From Nitrospirae bacterium UBA2233 (GTDB taxonomy: Bacteria > UBA2233): 64,000 nt of DNA. The position numbers and the translations under genes are program-made. The stretch is taken from contig DDYN01000041.1 of assembly GCA_002347965.1 (NCBI GenBank), positions 19,043-83,042 of the forward strand. The letters run 5' to 3'. The notes beneath the pieces were generated by a model. It worked only from the letters and a program-made list of their open reading frames with translations. It made no database searches and was not told the DNA's origin. Positions 10,507 through 21,349 of this stretch are shown here, piece by piece (the first letter of the stretch is position 1; every line of letters begins with the position of its first letter).

Positions 10507-12790
10507 GCTTGTTTATACGCTGCTTTTCCTGCTTGGCCTAGGGGTTCTCCTAGCGCTCCTCGGAATGCTGCTACCGCGCCTTATTTTTTCGCCTGCCCGG
10601 CTCGAGGCCCTAAGGAAGCGCGCGGAGGCCGAACTTTCGCTCGCAACGGGGGGACGCGCGACGATCGGACCGCTTCACCCAAGAATTTCCTTGATCCATG
10701 GGCTCCATGTCCAGGTTCCCACGCTCGCGATCGACCGGCCAAGGTATCTATCTAAAAGGATTGATAAGCTCTCTTTAGAAGAAATCCGGGCCCGCTTCGA
10801 TATACTTGGCCTTGTTCGGGGCAAGGCTCGGGTTGAAAAGCTGGAAATTTCGAGCTTGACGCTGGTCTTCCTTAAAGAGCTGGAGATGGCGAAGGCCAAC
10901 CGTCCCGTTTTCTTTCTTGCCCAAGCCGCTACACCGGCCCCCAGAAAGCCACGGCCCGTCAGGCTTCCCTTCGGACGGGTGCGGGCCTACCTGCGGGCGC
11001 TCGAAGTCGGCAAAGCACAAATCGAGGGGCTAATGGAAGGCCCTGCCAGGCTATCCGGCCTAAGGGTAAACTTGGGCGATGCTAGCGTTGACGTTAGCGC
11101 GGCAGAGGTCCATGCGTTCGGGTTCCAGAAAGGATGGCTCAGTGCCAAGGTTCTTTTCCCCAACCCGGAGCCATTGCTTGAAGAGCTCACTTTAGAGCTC
11201 AAGGCCGGAGCAAAAAATGCCCCCTTGGGCCAGTTTTTTGGCGATATGCCGCCCGCCCTTATGGGGCTGGCCCTTCAAAACGCAAGCCTTACGCTAGATG
11301 GTCGTCTAGCGGGCTTGGGGCTTCTGCTCGAAGGAAGGCTAGAGGGCGCCTTGCACCCAAAGCCCCTTCTTCTACACGCGGAGGGCCGCGTCATCCCCGC
11401 ATTTCATGGTCTTCCAAGAATCGAGCGGGCAAAGCTTGTCTTAACGCTCGAAAACAAAGAGCCGCTCTTGGAAGCGTTCGTCCAGCCAGGCTCCGGCGGG
11501 GGACAGACCCCAGGCTACGCGCTGAAAGCCTCCGGAAAACGCATCCCCGTCTCGTACAAGCCCCTCGAGCGCGGACTTTTGAGCTTTGAGGCAAGCTGTC
11601 TTGCAGACGAGAGCCTCTCTTTAGTCCCGCATACGCTAAACGGCGTCCTTTACCTTGAACAGGCAAGCTTAAACCCGAACCCGGACGTCACGCTCGAAGC
11701 CAATAATCTTCGAATCGAGGCAAAAGAAGGAAGGATCTTTTTGCCCGCCCAGACGGTGCATTTCAACAAATATCCCGCCCAAATCGAAGGGGAGATGCAT
11801 GATTTCAAGAAGGCAAGCGTAAAGCTTAGCGCTCCAGAGGTCTCGATCCCGAATAAGCTCCTAGCAACGGGGGTAGAGATCGAAGCGGCCACGGCCAACA
11901 TCCTAGAGCGGCCGAGGGCGTTCGCGATCGAGGCCGCCTTGAAGTCTTTTCGCGTTCAAAAGCTTGTGATAGAGCAGCTCAAGGGCAAAGGAACGGCAAC
12001 GCTCGAACCCAAAGGTCAGGCAAGGCTGCAGCTTTCTTCTTTTGAGGCGTCCATGCTCGGCGGGACATTTCACGGGCCTTTGGCTGCAAGGTTTGGGAAG
12101 GGGACCCTCGGGCTCGAAACGCCCGGGGTCAGCGCTCAAAACCTGCAAACCGGAAGCGCCTTCTTCACGTTTTCAAAGAAAGAACCCAAGGTCTACCTCA
12201 AAGCGAAGGCCTCGGGGCCTGTTCGCTTTATTCGTCCTTACGCCCCTGCAAACCCCTTCCAGGCGGGGCTGCAGGCCTCCGGGGAGCTCAAGCTAACGCC
12301 CGGCCAAATCCACGGATTGTTCCTGTACAAAGCCCTCCAGGAGCACATGAGCACAATTCCGCCGTTTCGAGAGTTCGCGCGCGAGCTAGAACCGTTCGTT
12401 CGTAAGGAGGCCCAACAAGAAGGGTATTTCTTCGATACGGGCAATATCACCTTTTCTTACCAGCAAGCCTCCTGGCATATAAGGGAGGCCCGGCTTACGA
12501 GCTTGGATGGTGTTTCGCTCGAGGCCTCTGGAAGACTCATGCAAGGCGGCGCCGTAGATGGGCAAGGTACGGCCGTCGTTTCCGAGCGCCTAAGCAAGGC
12601 GATGGCGCTAGGCGTTTCTCAGCTAAGCTGGCTTGCAAAAAAAAAGCAAAGAATTGAAATTCCAGTCTCGCTGTCAGGGAACATCAAACACGTGAAGGTT
12701 CGCCCCGACATCGAAGCGCTCGGAAAAGCGATTCTGCCGAACATCTTTAACAACCTGCTCGAGGGCATCAAGGGTTTTTCTCCTTTCTAG
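10484..12790 (+). CDS. Large membrane-anchored AsmA-family-like protein (function unknown)
   Basis: N-terminal TM '[22 protein letters not shown]' followed by a long repetitive beta-rich region. The C-terminal '[19 protein letters not shown]' resembles AsmA C-termini. Overlaps the gatB end by 23 nt. Confidence 0.55.
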   Translation: MRGNLRPRLVYTLLFLLGLGVLLALLGMLLPRLIFSPARLEALRKRAEAELSLATGGRATIGPLHPRISLIHGLHVQVPTLAIDRPRYLSKRIDKLSLEEIRARFDILGLVRGKARVEKLEISSLTLVFLKELEMAKANRPVFFLAQAATPAPRKPRPVRLPFGRVRAYLRALEVGKAQIEGLMEGPARLSGLRVNLGDASVDVSAAEVHAFGFQKGWLSAKVLFPNPEPLLEELTLELKAGAKNAPLGQFFGDMPPALMGLALQNASLTLDGRLAGLGLLLEGRLEGALHPKPLLLHAEGRVIPAFHGLPRIERAKLVLTLENKEPLLEAFVQPGSGGGQTPGYALKASGKRIPVSYKPLERGLLSFEASCLADESLSLVPHTLNGVLYLEQASLNPNPDVTLEANNLRIEAKEGRIFLPAQTVHFNKYPAQIEGEMHDFKKASVKLSAPEVSIPNKLLATGVEIEAATANILERPRAFAIEAALKSFRVQKLVIEQLKGKGTATLEPKGQARLQLSSFEASMLGGTFHGPLAARFGKGTLGLETPGVSAQNLQTGSAFFTFSKKEPKVYLKAKASGPVRFIRPYAPANPFQAGLQASGELKLTPGQIHGLFLYKALQEHMSTIPPFREFARELEPFVRKEAQQEGYFFDTGNITFSYQQASWHIREARLTSLDGVSLEASGRLMQGGAVDGQGTAVVSERLSKAMALGVSQLSWLAKKKQRIEIPVSLSGNIKHVKVRPDIEALGKAILPNIFNNLLEGIKGFSPF

Positions 12791-12822
12791 CATTGATCTC
12801 CTGCCAAAAAAGGGCTTCAACG

Positions 12823-13992
12823 ATGCGCACTGTCTTGTCTTTTGAGGAAATCCGCTCTGGGGCGGTGACGGACGTCTATTTTGAACGGACCGAGGCCATT
12901 TTGAAGGCAAAGGGGCTCAACCCCCGCACGAGGGCGGAGGTGTTTTTGAAGCACTTCCCTTACGGCACGTTCGGGGTTCTGGCGGGCATGGAGGAGGCGT
13001 TAGGGCTTCTTGCGGGGGTCGATGCCGACGTGGAAGCGCTTCCAGAGGGGTCGGTGTTCTTCGCGCGCGAGCCCGTCCTCGTCCTCGAGGGGCCTTATTT
13101 GAGCTTCGGCAGGCTCGAGACAGCCCTTTTGGGCGTGCTCTCGCAGGCGTCTGGCATTGCCACAAAGGCTGCCCGCTGCGTAAAAAAAGCGACGGGAAGG
13201 CCCATCGTCCATTTTGGCGCCCGGCGGATGCACCCGGCCATCGCTCCGATGATCGATTACGCCGCCTACCTGGGCGGTTGCACGGGGATCAGCGTAAGCT
13301 TATCGGCAAAGCAGCTGGGCCTCACGCCTCAAGGAACCATGCCGCACGCGCTCATCCTCGTGTTCAAGGATACGCTCGAAGCGGCAATGGCCTTCGACGA
13401 ACTAATTCCCAAAGACGTGCCCAGGGTCGTTTTGATCGACACCTTTCAAGACGAAAAGTTCGAGGCGATAAGGATCGCCGAGGCTCTCAAAGACAGGCTT
13501 TACGGCATGCGGCTGGATACGCCGGGCTCTAGACGGGGGGACATTGCGCTGTTGATCCAGGAGGTGCGCTGGGAGCTGAACCTAAGGGGATTTTCCCACA
13601 TCAAGCTCTTCTTGAGTGGCGGATTGAAGGAAGACGACCTGCCGGGCCTTTCTGCGATCGTGGACGTCTTCGGCGTGGGCAGCGAGATCGCAAGCTCCAG
13701 GCCGTTTGACTTCTCCATGGATATCGTCGAGGTGGACGGTGAGCCGCTAGCCAAGCGGGGAAAAGAATCCGGCGGCAAGGCGCTGCTTTTCTGCCCCAAA
13801 TGCCTGTTGCGCGAAACCGTACCTAAGCGCCTCCCCTTTCCGCCCTGCCCGTCGTGCCATGGAGAACGCCAAAACCTGCTCGAGAAGGTGCTGGAGGGGG
13901 GCAAACGCTTAATCCAAGCAAGGCCACTCAAGGAGCGCGCGGCGTTCGTTCAGCAGGAAATCGAGCGCTTCCAGGACAGGCTTGGGCTTTAA
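12823..13992 (+). CDS. Nicotinate phosphoribosyltransferase, archaeal/Thermoplasma type with C-terminal four-Cys zinc-knuckle
   Basis: 'VTDVYFERT', 'LEGPYLSFGRLETALLG' and 'GARRMHP' indicate the type II PRTase fold. The C-terminus 'CPKC...CPSC' matches the zinc-knuckle domain known from archaeal-type NAPRTases. Start chosen at the internal ATG (MRTVLSFEEI). Confidence 0.8.
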   Translation: MRTVLSFEEIRSGAVTDVYFERTEAILKAKGLNPRTRAEVFLKHFPYGTFGVLAGMEEALGLLAGVDADVEALPEGSVFFAREPVLVLEGPYLSFGRLETALLGVLSQASGIATKAARCVKKATGRPIVHFGARRMHPAIAPMIDYAAYLGGCTGISVSLSAKQLGLTPQGTMPHALILVFKDTLEAAMAFDELIPKDVPRVVLIDTFQDEKFEAIRIAEALKDRLYGMRLDTPGSRRGDIALLIQEVRWELNLRGFSHIKLFLSGGLKEDDLPGLSAIVDVFGVGSEIASSRPFDFSMDIVEVDGEPLAKRGKESGGKALLFCPKCLLRETVPKRLPFPPCPSCHGERQNLLEKVLEGGKRLIQARPLKERAAFVQQEIERFQDRLGL

Positions 13993-14002
13993 GGAGGATT
14001 AC

Positions 14003-15028
14003 ATGTTTGAAGCGATCTCCTTTAACGGCAGCTCGATTAGCCTGCTTGATCAGCGCGCGCTCCCCCAGCAGGCCAGCTACCTCACCCTCAAGACACCAAA
14101 AGAGGCCGCCTGGGCAATCCATGCGATGGCCGTCCGGGGCGCTCCGATGATCGGAGTCACCGCCGCTTTCGGCATGGCGCTTTCTCTTAGGGACTTGCGC
14201 GAGGACGAAAGCCTTGAACAGGCCTTCCAAAACGCCAAACAGCAAATTCATACATCTAGGCCCACCGCGAAGAACCTATTTTTCGCCCTCCATGCGATGG
14301 AAGATGCCTTTCAAGAGGCCCTCCGGGAGGGTTTGAGCTTGAAGGGCGCCCAAGAGCGGCTCAACGCGCGGGCATTAGCGCTATTTCGTGAAGAAACCCA
14401 AAGGAGCGAAGCCATCGCGCGCTTTGGGGCGGGGCTGATCCCAACTGGGGCACGCGTGCTCACGCATTGCAACACAGGCTCGCTCGCCGTCCCTGGGCCT
14501 GGGACGGCCTTGGGTGCTATCAAAGAGGCGTTCGCCCAGGGCAAGGTCAAAGAAGTCTACGTAGACGAAACAAGGCCGCTGCTTCAGGGCTCCAGGCTTA
14601 CCGCGTTCGAGCTTTCCTCGCTTAACATTCCCTACAAGGTTATCGCAGACAGCGCGGCAGCAGGACTTATTGAGGCGGGCAAAGTAGATGCAGTCCTCGT
14701 CGGGGCGGACAGGATCGCCAAAAATGGGGATACGGCGAATAAGGTCGGGACGCTCATGCTGGCCAGGCTCTGCGCCGTCCACGGCCTCCCATTCTTCGTC
14801 CTTGCGCCCACGAGCACAATCGACCCCGACATTGAAGACGGCTCGGGAATCCCGATCGAGGAGAGAAACGAAGCGGAGGTGTTAATGTTATCGGGCACGC
14901 TGGTTGCCCCTCCCGGCGCTAGAGCCTTCAACCCCGCCTTCGATGTGACCCCTGCGGGCTTGATTTGCGCGTTCGTCACCGAGCAAGGCGTGTTTCAACC
15001 GCCGTTTTTGGGCAGCATTTCGGAATGA
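14003..15028 (+). CDS. mtnA: S-methyl-5-thioribose-1-phosphate isomerase (eIF-2B alpha/beta/delta family)
   Basis: 'LLDQRALP', 'MAVRGAPMIGVTAAFG', 'RPTAKNL', 'THCNTGSLA', 'VDETRPLLQGSRLTAFEL' and 'GADRIAKNGDTANKVGT'. An AAGGAGG RBS lies 5 nt before the ATG at 14003. Confidence 0.9.
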   Translation: MFEAISFNGSSISLLDQRALPQQASYLTLKTPKEAAWAIHAMAVRGAPMIGVTAAFGMALSLRDLREDESLEQAFQNAKQQIHTSRPTAKNLFFALHAMEDAFQEALREGLSLKGAQERLNARALALFREETQRSEAIARFGAGLIPTGARVLTHCNTGSLAVPGPGTALGAIKEAFAQGKVKEVYVDETRPLLQGSRLTAFELSSLNIPYKVIADSAAAGLIEAGKVDAVLVGADRIAKNGDTANKVGTLMLARLCAVHGLPFFVLAPTSTIDPDIEDGSGIPIEERNEAEVLMLSGTLVAPPGARAFNPAFDVTPAGLICAFVTEQGVFQPPFLGSISE

Positions 15029-18000
15029 CTCTGCTAGAAACGCTCCTTTCGCTCGACATTACGGATTTTACGAAGGCCCGCCTCAGGCGCTTACTGGCTG
15101 GATTTTGCCAGGAAGGCCAAGGCACGTTTTTGCTGGGCCGCCTCCTCGAAGCCCTTCCCAAGGGCACGCTCGAGGCCCACCTGGAACGGAGACATGACGA
15201 GATCCCCGGGTTTTTCGCCTACAGCCCTTACTTGGGAATGCTGCTTCTCAAGGAGGCTCGGATGTTGGCCGACCTGGACGCTTACGCCAGGTTCCGTAGC
15301 TCGCCTTTTGACCCGATTCTGTTCGAGCAAGACCTCATGCGGGCGCTGAACCAAGAGGGGATGGACCGACGAGCCAGCCTCAAGCTCCTTAGGCATTCCA
15401 AAGACAAGGCGTTCCTGAAGATCGCTATTCTCGATTACAACCGCTCGACCGGGCTCGAACGGACGATGCTGTCCCTTTCGAGGCTGGCGGAGGTCCTGCT
15501 GGACGCCGCGCTCGAACTCTCCAGAAAAGACCTTACCCCCAGGATGGGCTACCCAAGGAAAAAAACCGGCGTTGGGCTTGGAGAAGAAATCGCCTTCTGC
15601 GTGATGGGGCTCGGAAAGCTAGGCGCAAGGGAGCTCAACTACCACAGCGACATCGACATCTTGTTTGCTTACGAAACGGACGAGGGCCTGAGCGAACCCG
15701 GACACACGCCTCACGAGTTCTTCACGCTCCTGGCCAAGGGCATCTTGGGTTACCTGGGCGAGTACACCGAGGACGGGTTTGTCTACCGCGTAGACACCCG
15801 CCTTCGGCCCGAGGGGACGAAAGGGCCTCTTGTCAACTCGCTGCGCTCGCTCGAGATCAGCTACGAATCATGGGGGCAAACATGGGAAAGGCTAGCCCTG
15901 GCGAAGATGAGCCCCGCGGCAGGAGACAGGGCGTTCGGACAGAGGCTTTTGCGTACGCTTGAGCCGTTCGTTTACAGAAAAACGCTCGACTACACCACCA
16001 TTCAGGATATAGGCCATATTAAGGCTAGAATCGACGCCGAAGTGCCGAAAAAACCCGGCATGCTGGAGCTAAAGCTTGCCCATGGAGGCATCCGGGAGGT
16101 GGAGTTCGTCGTCCAAACGCTAAGCGTCGTGCACGGCGGAAAAAACCCGAGGCTCCGCCAGAAAACGACGCTCCTCTCCATCGGGGCGCTCAAAACGTTC
16201 AACCTGATCGGCGAGCTGGACGCCTTTAAGCTCACACAGGCCTACACGCTGCTAAGAAGGCTCGAGCACGCGCTCCAGCTTAAAGAAGGCCTCCAGACAC
16301 ACGCGCTTCCGCTCGCCCCGGAGCTCATCGCCTGTGTTGTACGGTTTGCCTTCCCCAAGCTCCCCGCAGAGCGCGTTCCGAACCTCAAGGCCTCGCTAAG
16401 CGAGGCGATGGGCACGGTACACGACATATTCCTCGGGGTTTTCGCCAAGACGAGCCCCGAGCTTAAAGAAAGCCTCCTTAAGGAGGCTACGGCTTTGGCG
16501 TTAGGGACACAACCGGAAGGCATCGAAGGGTTCCTCGAGGCCAAGGGGTTCAGCAACCCCGAGGATGCGCTAAAACGATTCTCAACTTTGCGCGAGGGGG
16601 CCTCCAGGCGCCCGCTAACCCAGCGTGCCTCCGGCCTGATTGCGCAGATTCTCCCCAAGACGATCGACGGCATCTTAAGGTCGCCAATCCCGGAGCTCGC
16701 GCTCGTCCACACCGAGCAGTTCTTCGCGCAGATCGGAGGCAGGGCCAGCTACTACGCCTTGTTCAAGGAACATCCCAAGCTCCTGGAGCTTTTGATAATG
16801 CTTTTTGGGTCTTCGTCGTACCTTTCGCATTTCGTGCTGAAGAACCCCGCCGTGCTCGAATCGCTCGTTACTCAAGACCCGCGAAAACCCATCGATCGCG
16901 GCGCGCTCGAGGAGATGGCGGAGCAGGAGCTCGCCTCCGCAGAGGACTTTGAAGACGCCATGGAGGCGCTAAGGAGCTTCAAGAACACCGCAACGCTTCG
17001 CATCGCGCTGCTCGATCTGCTCTCCGAGCTTCCGGTCGAGGACGTGCTAAGGCTCAATTCCGAGGTGGCCGAGATCTGCCTTGTCCAAACAAGCCGGGTT
17101 TGCATTCAAGAAGTGCAAAGGCGCTACCCATTCCCGACCAAAACCGGAGACGTCCCGTTCTTCGCCGTCGCTACGGGAACCCTTGGCTCTCAAGAAATGG
17201 GATACGGGTCCGACATTGACATGCTCTTTTTGTTCGACGAGCCAGAAGACGTTTTGGATCAGGAGGCATTCACGGCGTTCGTCACAAGGCTAGGCCAGCG
17301 CATCCTGAGGGCGTTGACAACCACGGGAAGGGGGGGCTATCTCTACCGGGTGGACACGCGACTTCGGCCACGCGGCAGGCATGGAGCCCTGGTGAGCTCG
17401 ATTGCACGGTTTGCGGAGTTCAACCGGAAAGAGGCCGGGGTGTTCGAAAAGATGTCCATGTTCAAGGCAAGGCCCGTGTTCGGCAACCCCGAAGTGATCC
17501 GAGGGCGTATCGCACCGCTTTTTGACGAACTCCTTTGGTCGCGCCCGCTTGACCTTGAAGAGCTGAAGCAAGGGCTTCGCATGCGCTCAAGGATGGAGAC
17601 AGAACTCGTAAGCCCCGATTACCACGGCCAAAAGGGGTTTCACATCAAATGGGGCAAGGGGGGCCTGCTTGATGCGGAATTCCTCGTTGTGTGGGTCTTG
17701 CTCGCTTTCGGGGCCGGGAACCAAGGGCTTAGGGCTCACTCCACGCTCGAGGGGATCTGCTTGCTGGAGTCGTTCGAGCTTATGCGCAAAGAAGACGCAG
17801 GGTTCCTTGCCAACCATTACCGCTTTCTAAGGATGCTCGAGAACCGGGTTCGGCTCGTTCACGACGTGGACGTCGAAAACGTAGACTTCGAAGACCCCAG
17901 GTTTCACGAGCTCATGGCCTCCATCATGCAGCGGCTTGGCCATGAGGCCCGTTTTGCAAAACAGGGTGCAAAATCCAGCCTCCTTGCCCTCACGAGGCGC

Positions 18001-18162
18001 GCAAGGGCGCTTTACGACCGCTACACCCTCCTTCTTCAAAGACACCTCCAGGACGGAGAACCTGACCTTCGGCGCTGGCGGGCATCTTGGGGCCCGTCTA
18101 AGAACATGCTAAAATCTCTGGAACCTGGCAAACAAACCGGTCGTACGACAACAAAGGGATAG
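15025..18162 (+). CDS. glnE: Bifunctional glutamine synthetase adenylyltransferase/adenylyl-removing enzyme
   Basis: Two nucleotidyltransferase modules ('GKLGARELNYHSDIDILF...YRVDTRLRP' and 'GSQEMGYGSDIDMLFLF...YRVDTRLRP'). ATGA overlap with the mtnA stop. Confidence 0.9.
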   Translation: MTLLETLLSLDITDFTKARLRRLLAGFCQEGQGTFLLGRLLEALPKGTLEAHLERRHDEIPGFFAYSPYLGMLLLKEARMLADLDAYARFRSSPFDPILFEQDLMRALNQEGMDRRASLKLLRHSKDKAFLKIAILDYNRSTGLERTMLSLSRLAEVLLDAALELSRKDLTPRMGYPRKKTGVGLGEEIAFCVMGLGKLGARELNYHSDIDILFAYETDEGLSEPGHTPHEFFTLLAKGILGYLGEYTEDGFVYRVDTRLRPEGTKGPLVNSLRSLEISYESWGQTWERLALAKMSPAAGDRAFGQRLLRTLEPFVYRKTLDYTTIQDIGHIKARIDAEVPKKPGMLELKLAHGGIREVEFVVQTLSVVHGGKNPRLRQKTTLLSIGALKTFNLIGELDAFKLTQAYTLLRRLEHALQLKEGLQTHALPLAPELIACVVRFAFPKLPAERVPNLKASLSEAMGTVHDIFLGVFAKTSPELKESLLKEATALALGTQPEGIEGFLEAKGFSNPEDALKRFSTLREGASRRPLTQRASGLIAQILPKTIDGILRSPIPELALVHTEQFFAQIGGRASYYALFKEHPKLLELLIMLFGSSSYLSHFVLKNPAVLESLVTQDPRKPIDRGALEEMAEQELASAEDFEDAMEALRSFKNTATLRIALLDLLSELPVEDVLRLNSEVAEICLVQTSRVCIQEVQRRYPFPTKTGDVPFFAVATGTLGSQEMGYGSDIDMLFLFDEPEDVLDQEAFTAFVTRLGQRILRALTTTGRGGYLYRVDTRLRPRGRHGALVSSIARFAEFNRKEAGVFEKMSMFKARPVFGNPEVIRGRIAPLFDELLWSRPLDLEELKQGLRMRSRMETELVSPDYHGQKGFHIKWGKGGLLDAEFLVVWVLLAFGAGNQGLRAHSTLEGICLLESFELMRKEDAGFLANHYRFLRMLENRVRLVHDVDVENVDFEDPRFHELMASIMQRLGHEARFAKQGAKSSLLALTRRARALYDRYTLLLQRHLQDGEPDLRRWRASWGPSKNMLKSLEPGKQTGRTTTKG

Positions 18163-18166
18163 GTAC

Positions 18167-19084
18167 ATGCAGGAGAACGGGTCTAGCGTATGGCTAAACG
18201 GCAGTTTAATTCCATGGCACGAAGCTAAGGTTTCGTTGCATGCGCATACCCTCCATTACGGACTCGGCGTGTTCGAGGGGGTTCGTTATTACAAAACCGT
18301 AGACGGCCACACCGCCGTCTTCCGGCTCGCGGATCATATCAAGCGGCTCTACGCCTCGGCTCACATCGTGGGGCTCAACATCCCTTATCCCTCAACCGAA
18401 ATAACCGGAGCCACGCTCGAGCTTGTTCGGAGAAACGCCTTCGAAGAGGGCTACATCCGGCACCTCGTGTTCTTAGACGAGGGCGTCATGGGGATCTACG
18501 CCGAGCAAAACCCGGTCAGCGTAGCCATTTCTACGTGGAAATGGGGGGCTTATTTGGGCCAGGAGGGCAAGGACCTTGGCGCAAGGCTCATGACCTCCAC
18601 GTTCGTCCGCCAGCACGTCAACGCCTCGATGACGAAAGCCAAGGTTTGCGGCCAGTACGTGAACTCTGTCCTGGCCAAGTGGGAGGCTATCAAGCACGGG
18701 TTTGACGAGGCGCTCATGCTGGATGTCGAGGGGTTCGTGGCGGAAGCCTCGGGAGAGAACGCGTTCATCGTTCGTGAAGGCGTGTTAAAAACACCCCCCC
18801 TCATGGGTGTCCTTCCGGGCATCACGCGAGATTCGATCATGGCGATCGCCAAGGAGGCCGGGTTTACGATCAAGGAAGAGCGGCTTACCAGGGACGAGCT
18901 CTACATTGCAGACGAGATGTTCCTTTGCGGGACGGCGGCCGAGGTCACGCCCGTAAGGGAGCTAGACGGCCGCAGGGTAGGAAACGGCGAGGTGGGAAAG
19001 GTTACCCGCTTTTTGTCCGAACGTTTCCACGACGTGGTCCAGGCCAAAATAGAGCGATACAAGGGGTGGCTGACGCTCATCTAG
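18167..19084 (+). CDS. ilvE: Branched-chain amino acid aminotransferase
   Basis: 'HTLHYGLGVFEGVRYY', 'NSVLAKWEAIKHGFDEALMLD', 'EASGENAFIV' and 'GITRDS' indicate the fold-type IV PLP enzyme. Confidence 0.92.
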   Translation: MQENGSSVWLNGSLIPWHEAKVSLHAHTLHYGLGVFEGVRYYKTVDGHTAVFRLADHIKRLYASAHIVGLNIPYPSTEITGATLELVRRNAFEEGYIRHLVFLDEGVMGIYAEQNPVSVAISTWKWGAYLGQEGKDLGARLMTSTFVRQHVNASMTKAKVCGQYVNSVLAKWEAIKHGFDEALMLDVEGFVAEASGENAFIVREGVLKTPPLMGVLPGITRDSIMAIAKEAGFTIKEERLTRDELYIADEMFLCGTAAEVTPVRELDGRRVGNGEVGKVTRFLSERFHDVVQAKIERYKGWLTLI

Positions 19085-20634
19085 GCAGTGCGGCCCTTGC
19101 GCACGCGTTTTGCCTAAAAGGGGTAGAGGCCACTCCCATCGAGGTCCAGGCCGACCTGACACCCGGCCTGCCCGCCTTTAGCCTTGTAGGCCTGCCAGAT
19201 ACGGCCATCCGGGAATCGAGGGAAAGGGTTCGATCGGCCATCCAGGCCACAATCGGCCGGTTTCCCCTGAAGCGCATCACGGTAAACCTGGCCCCCGCCG
19301 ACGTCAAGAAAGACGGTACGGGCTACGACCTTCCCATCGCCGTAAGCATCCTGCTCGGGGGGATGCTAAAAAAAGCGCCCGAAGAAAGCGTCGTGTTTTT
19401 GGGCGAGCTTGCCTTGGACGGCCGGGTGCTTCCCGTCCCGGGCGTTCTGCCCATCGTTGCCTCCGCAAAAGCGCTCGGGTTCTCGAGCTTTGTCCTCCCT
19501 TACGACAACCGTGCCGAGGCTCTAGCCGTGGGCGGGTTTCGCGCGCTGTTCGTCAAGCACTTGGCAGGCGTCGTTGCTTGGCTTCAAGAGTCCGCTCCCA
19601 TGCCCTTCTACGAGCGGGAAGTCCAAACCGGGCAGGACAACGCCAGGAGTGCCCTGTTGACCCTAGGCCAGGTTGTCGGGCAAGAGTTCGCCAAAAGGGC
19701 GCTTTTGATCGCCGCCGCTGGCGGGCATAACCTGCTTTTGGAAGGCCCGCCGGGTGCCGGGAAAACGCTCCTTGCCAAGTGCATGCCCTCGCTGCTTCCG
19801 CCGTTGGACGAGGCGGAGGCGATCGAGACGACCAAGATATACTCTGTCGCGGGCAAGCTCCCCAAAGAAACCGGCCTTCTTAGCGAACGGCCTTTTCGTT
19901 CGCCCCACACGACTATCTCCGATGTCGGCCTGACAGGCGGGGGAAACCCCCCAAGGCCCGGCGAGATCAGTCTAGCACATAACGGTATTCTATTTTTAGA
20001 CGAATTTCCGGAGTTCAAGCGGGGCGCGCTGGAAGCGCTCCGTCAGCCCCTCGAAGAGGGGACGATCGACATCGTCCGGGCCCAGGCGAGCGTTCGCTAC
20101 CCCGCCCGCATCCTGCTTGTCGCCGCCATGAACCCATGCCCGTGCGGTTTTTTGGGACACCCGAGCAAGCCATGCACCTGCACCCCGGCGCTACTGTCCA
20201 GGTACCGCTCGAGGGTTTCCGGGCCGATCCTCGATCGGATTGACCTTCAGGTCTTCGTCCCTCCCGTGAGCCTCAAGGAGCTTACGGCCCAAAGCGAGAC
20301 ACAAGAGGGCGGGCAAGACAAAGCAACTCTCGAGCGCGTCCTGCAAGCGAGAAAAATCCAGGCCGAACGTTACGCAAACCAGGTCCTCCGAACGAACGCC
20401 CGGCTTTCGCCCGCCCAGCTCAAACAGTATGCAAGGCTCGAGCCCAAGGCCAAAGCGCTCTTAGAGCGCGCGTTCGAGCGATTCGGGATTTCCATGAGGG
20501 GCCTGCACAAGGTGCTTCGGGTCGCCAGGACGATCGCCGACCTCGAAGGAGGGGGCACCATCGCCCCCAAGCACCTACTGGAGGCGTTGCAGTACCGCTT
20601 CGAGACGAGCACCGGGAAAGCTCCGTCGGCTTAA
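19066..20634 (+). CDS. comM: YifB/ComM family Mg-chelatase-like AAA+ ATPase
   Basis: N-terminal Lon-protease-like part 'GLPAFSLVGLPDTAIRESRERV', Walker A 'GPPGAGKT', 'LFLDEFPEF' and 'MNPCPCG'. The longest ORF (18925) overlaps ilvE heavily; the in-frame GTG at 19066 is the most plausible start. Confidence 0.85.
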   Translation: MADAHLGSAALAHAFCLKGVEATPIEVQADLTPGLPAFSLVGLPDTAIRESRERVRSAIQATIGRFPLKRITVNLAPADVKKDGTGYDLPIAVSILLGGMLKKAPEESVVFLGELALDGRVLPVPGVLPIVASAKALGFSSFVLPYDNRAEALAVGGFRALFVKHLAGVVAWLQESAPMPFYEREVQTGQDNARSALLTLGQVVGQEFAKRALLIAAAGGHNLLLEGPPGAGKTLLAKCMPSLLPPLDEAEAIETTKIYSVAGKLPKETGLLSERPFRSPHTTISDVGLTGGGNPPRPGEISLAHNGILFLDEFPEFKRGALEALRQPLEEGTIDIVRAQASVRYPARILLVAAMNPCPCGFLGHPSKPCTCTPALLSRYRSRVSGPILDRIDLQVFVPPVSLKELTAQSETQEGGQDKATLERVLQARKIQAERYANQVLRTNARLSPAQLKQYARLEPKAKALLERAFERFGISMRGLHKVLRVARTIADLEGGGTIAPKHLLEALQYRFETSTGKAPSA

Positions 20635-21347
20635 CTGGGCGGTTCAGACAGGGCGCCAGAAAGGAGCGTGTTTATATCGAGTGCTTGAATCGCCGCTTTC
20701 TTGAGGCTTTCTGCGTCCTCGCGCTCTTTTTCGGAAAGGTAAGGAAACACGCCGAGCAAGGGCACGCCAATCAGGCCTTGAATCGCCCTCGGGTTCGTCG
20801 ATTCGGCAAGCCCGCCCCTGCCTTCGGTATCGTTCAGCACGACCCCCACGCAACGAAGCCCCTTGGTATTAAGCGCTCCCAAGCTGAGCAGCGTGTGGTT
20901 AATCGTCCCTAGGCCCTTTCTTGCGACAAGCAGCACGTCCAAACCCAAAAACGCGATCAGGTCGGATACAAAAATCCCGGGCGCCAACGGAACCAGAAGC
21001 CCCCCTACCCCTTCCACCAAAACGAGCTCGTAGGCGGACAGGAGGGCTTCAAGGGCCTCGGCGACCGCGGACAGCTCGAGCCTACGGCCCTCTAGGCAAG
21101 CGGCAACGGCCGGGGCTAGCGGGTCTGCAAACCGGTAGGGGCTCAAGGCCTCGATCGGCTCTTTAAGCCCTAGAATGCTTTTTAGCCGTAGACTATCGGG
21201 CATAGGCCCGCAAACGACGCCCGTCTCGATAGGCTTCATCGCGCCCGCTCGAATGCCCTGGACTCTCAAGGCAAGCCCGAGCGCGGCCGTAACGAGCGTC
21301 TTGCCTACGCCAGTATCCGTACCGGCAACGAAAAGGCCCCGGGCCAC
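20631..21347 (-). CDS. bioD: ATP-dependent dethiobiotin synthetase
   Basis: 'LFVAGTDTGVGKTLVTAAL', 'MKPIETG', 'LVEGVGGLLVPL' and 'GTINHTLLS'. Confidence 0.85.
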   Translation of the reverse strand: MARGLFVAGTDTGVGKTLVTAALGLALRVQGIRAGAMKPIETGVVCGPMPDSLRLKSILGLKEPIEALSPYRFADPLAPAVAACLEGRRLELSAVAEALEALLSAYELVLVEGVGGLLVPLAPGIFVSDLIAFLGLDVLLVARKGLGTINHTLLSLGALNTKGLRCVGVVLNDTEGRGGLAESTNPRAIQGLIGVPLLGVFPYLSEKEREDAESLKKAAIQALDINTLLSGALSEPPS

Positions 21348-21349
21348 GA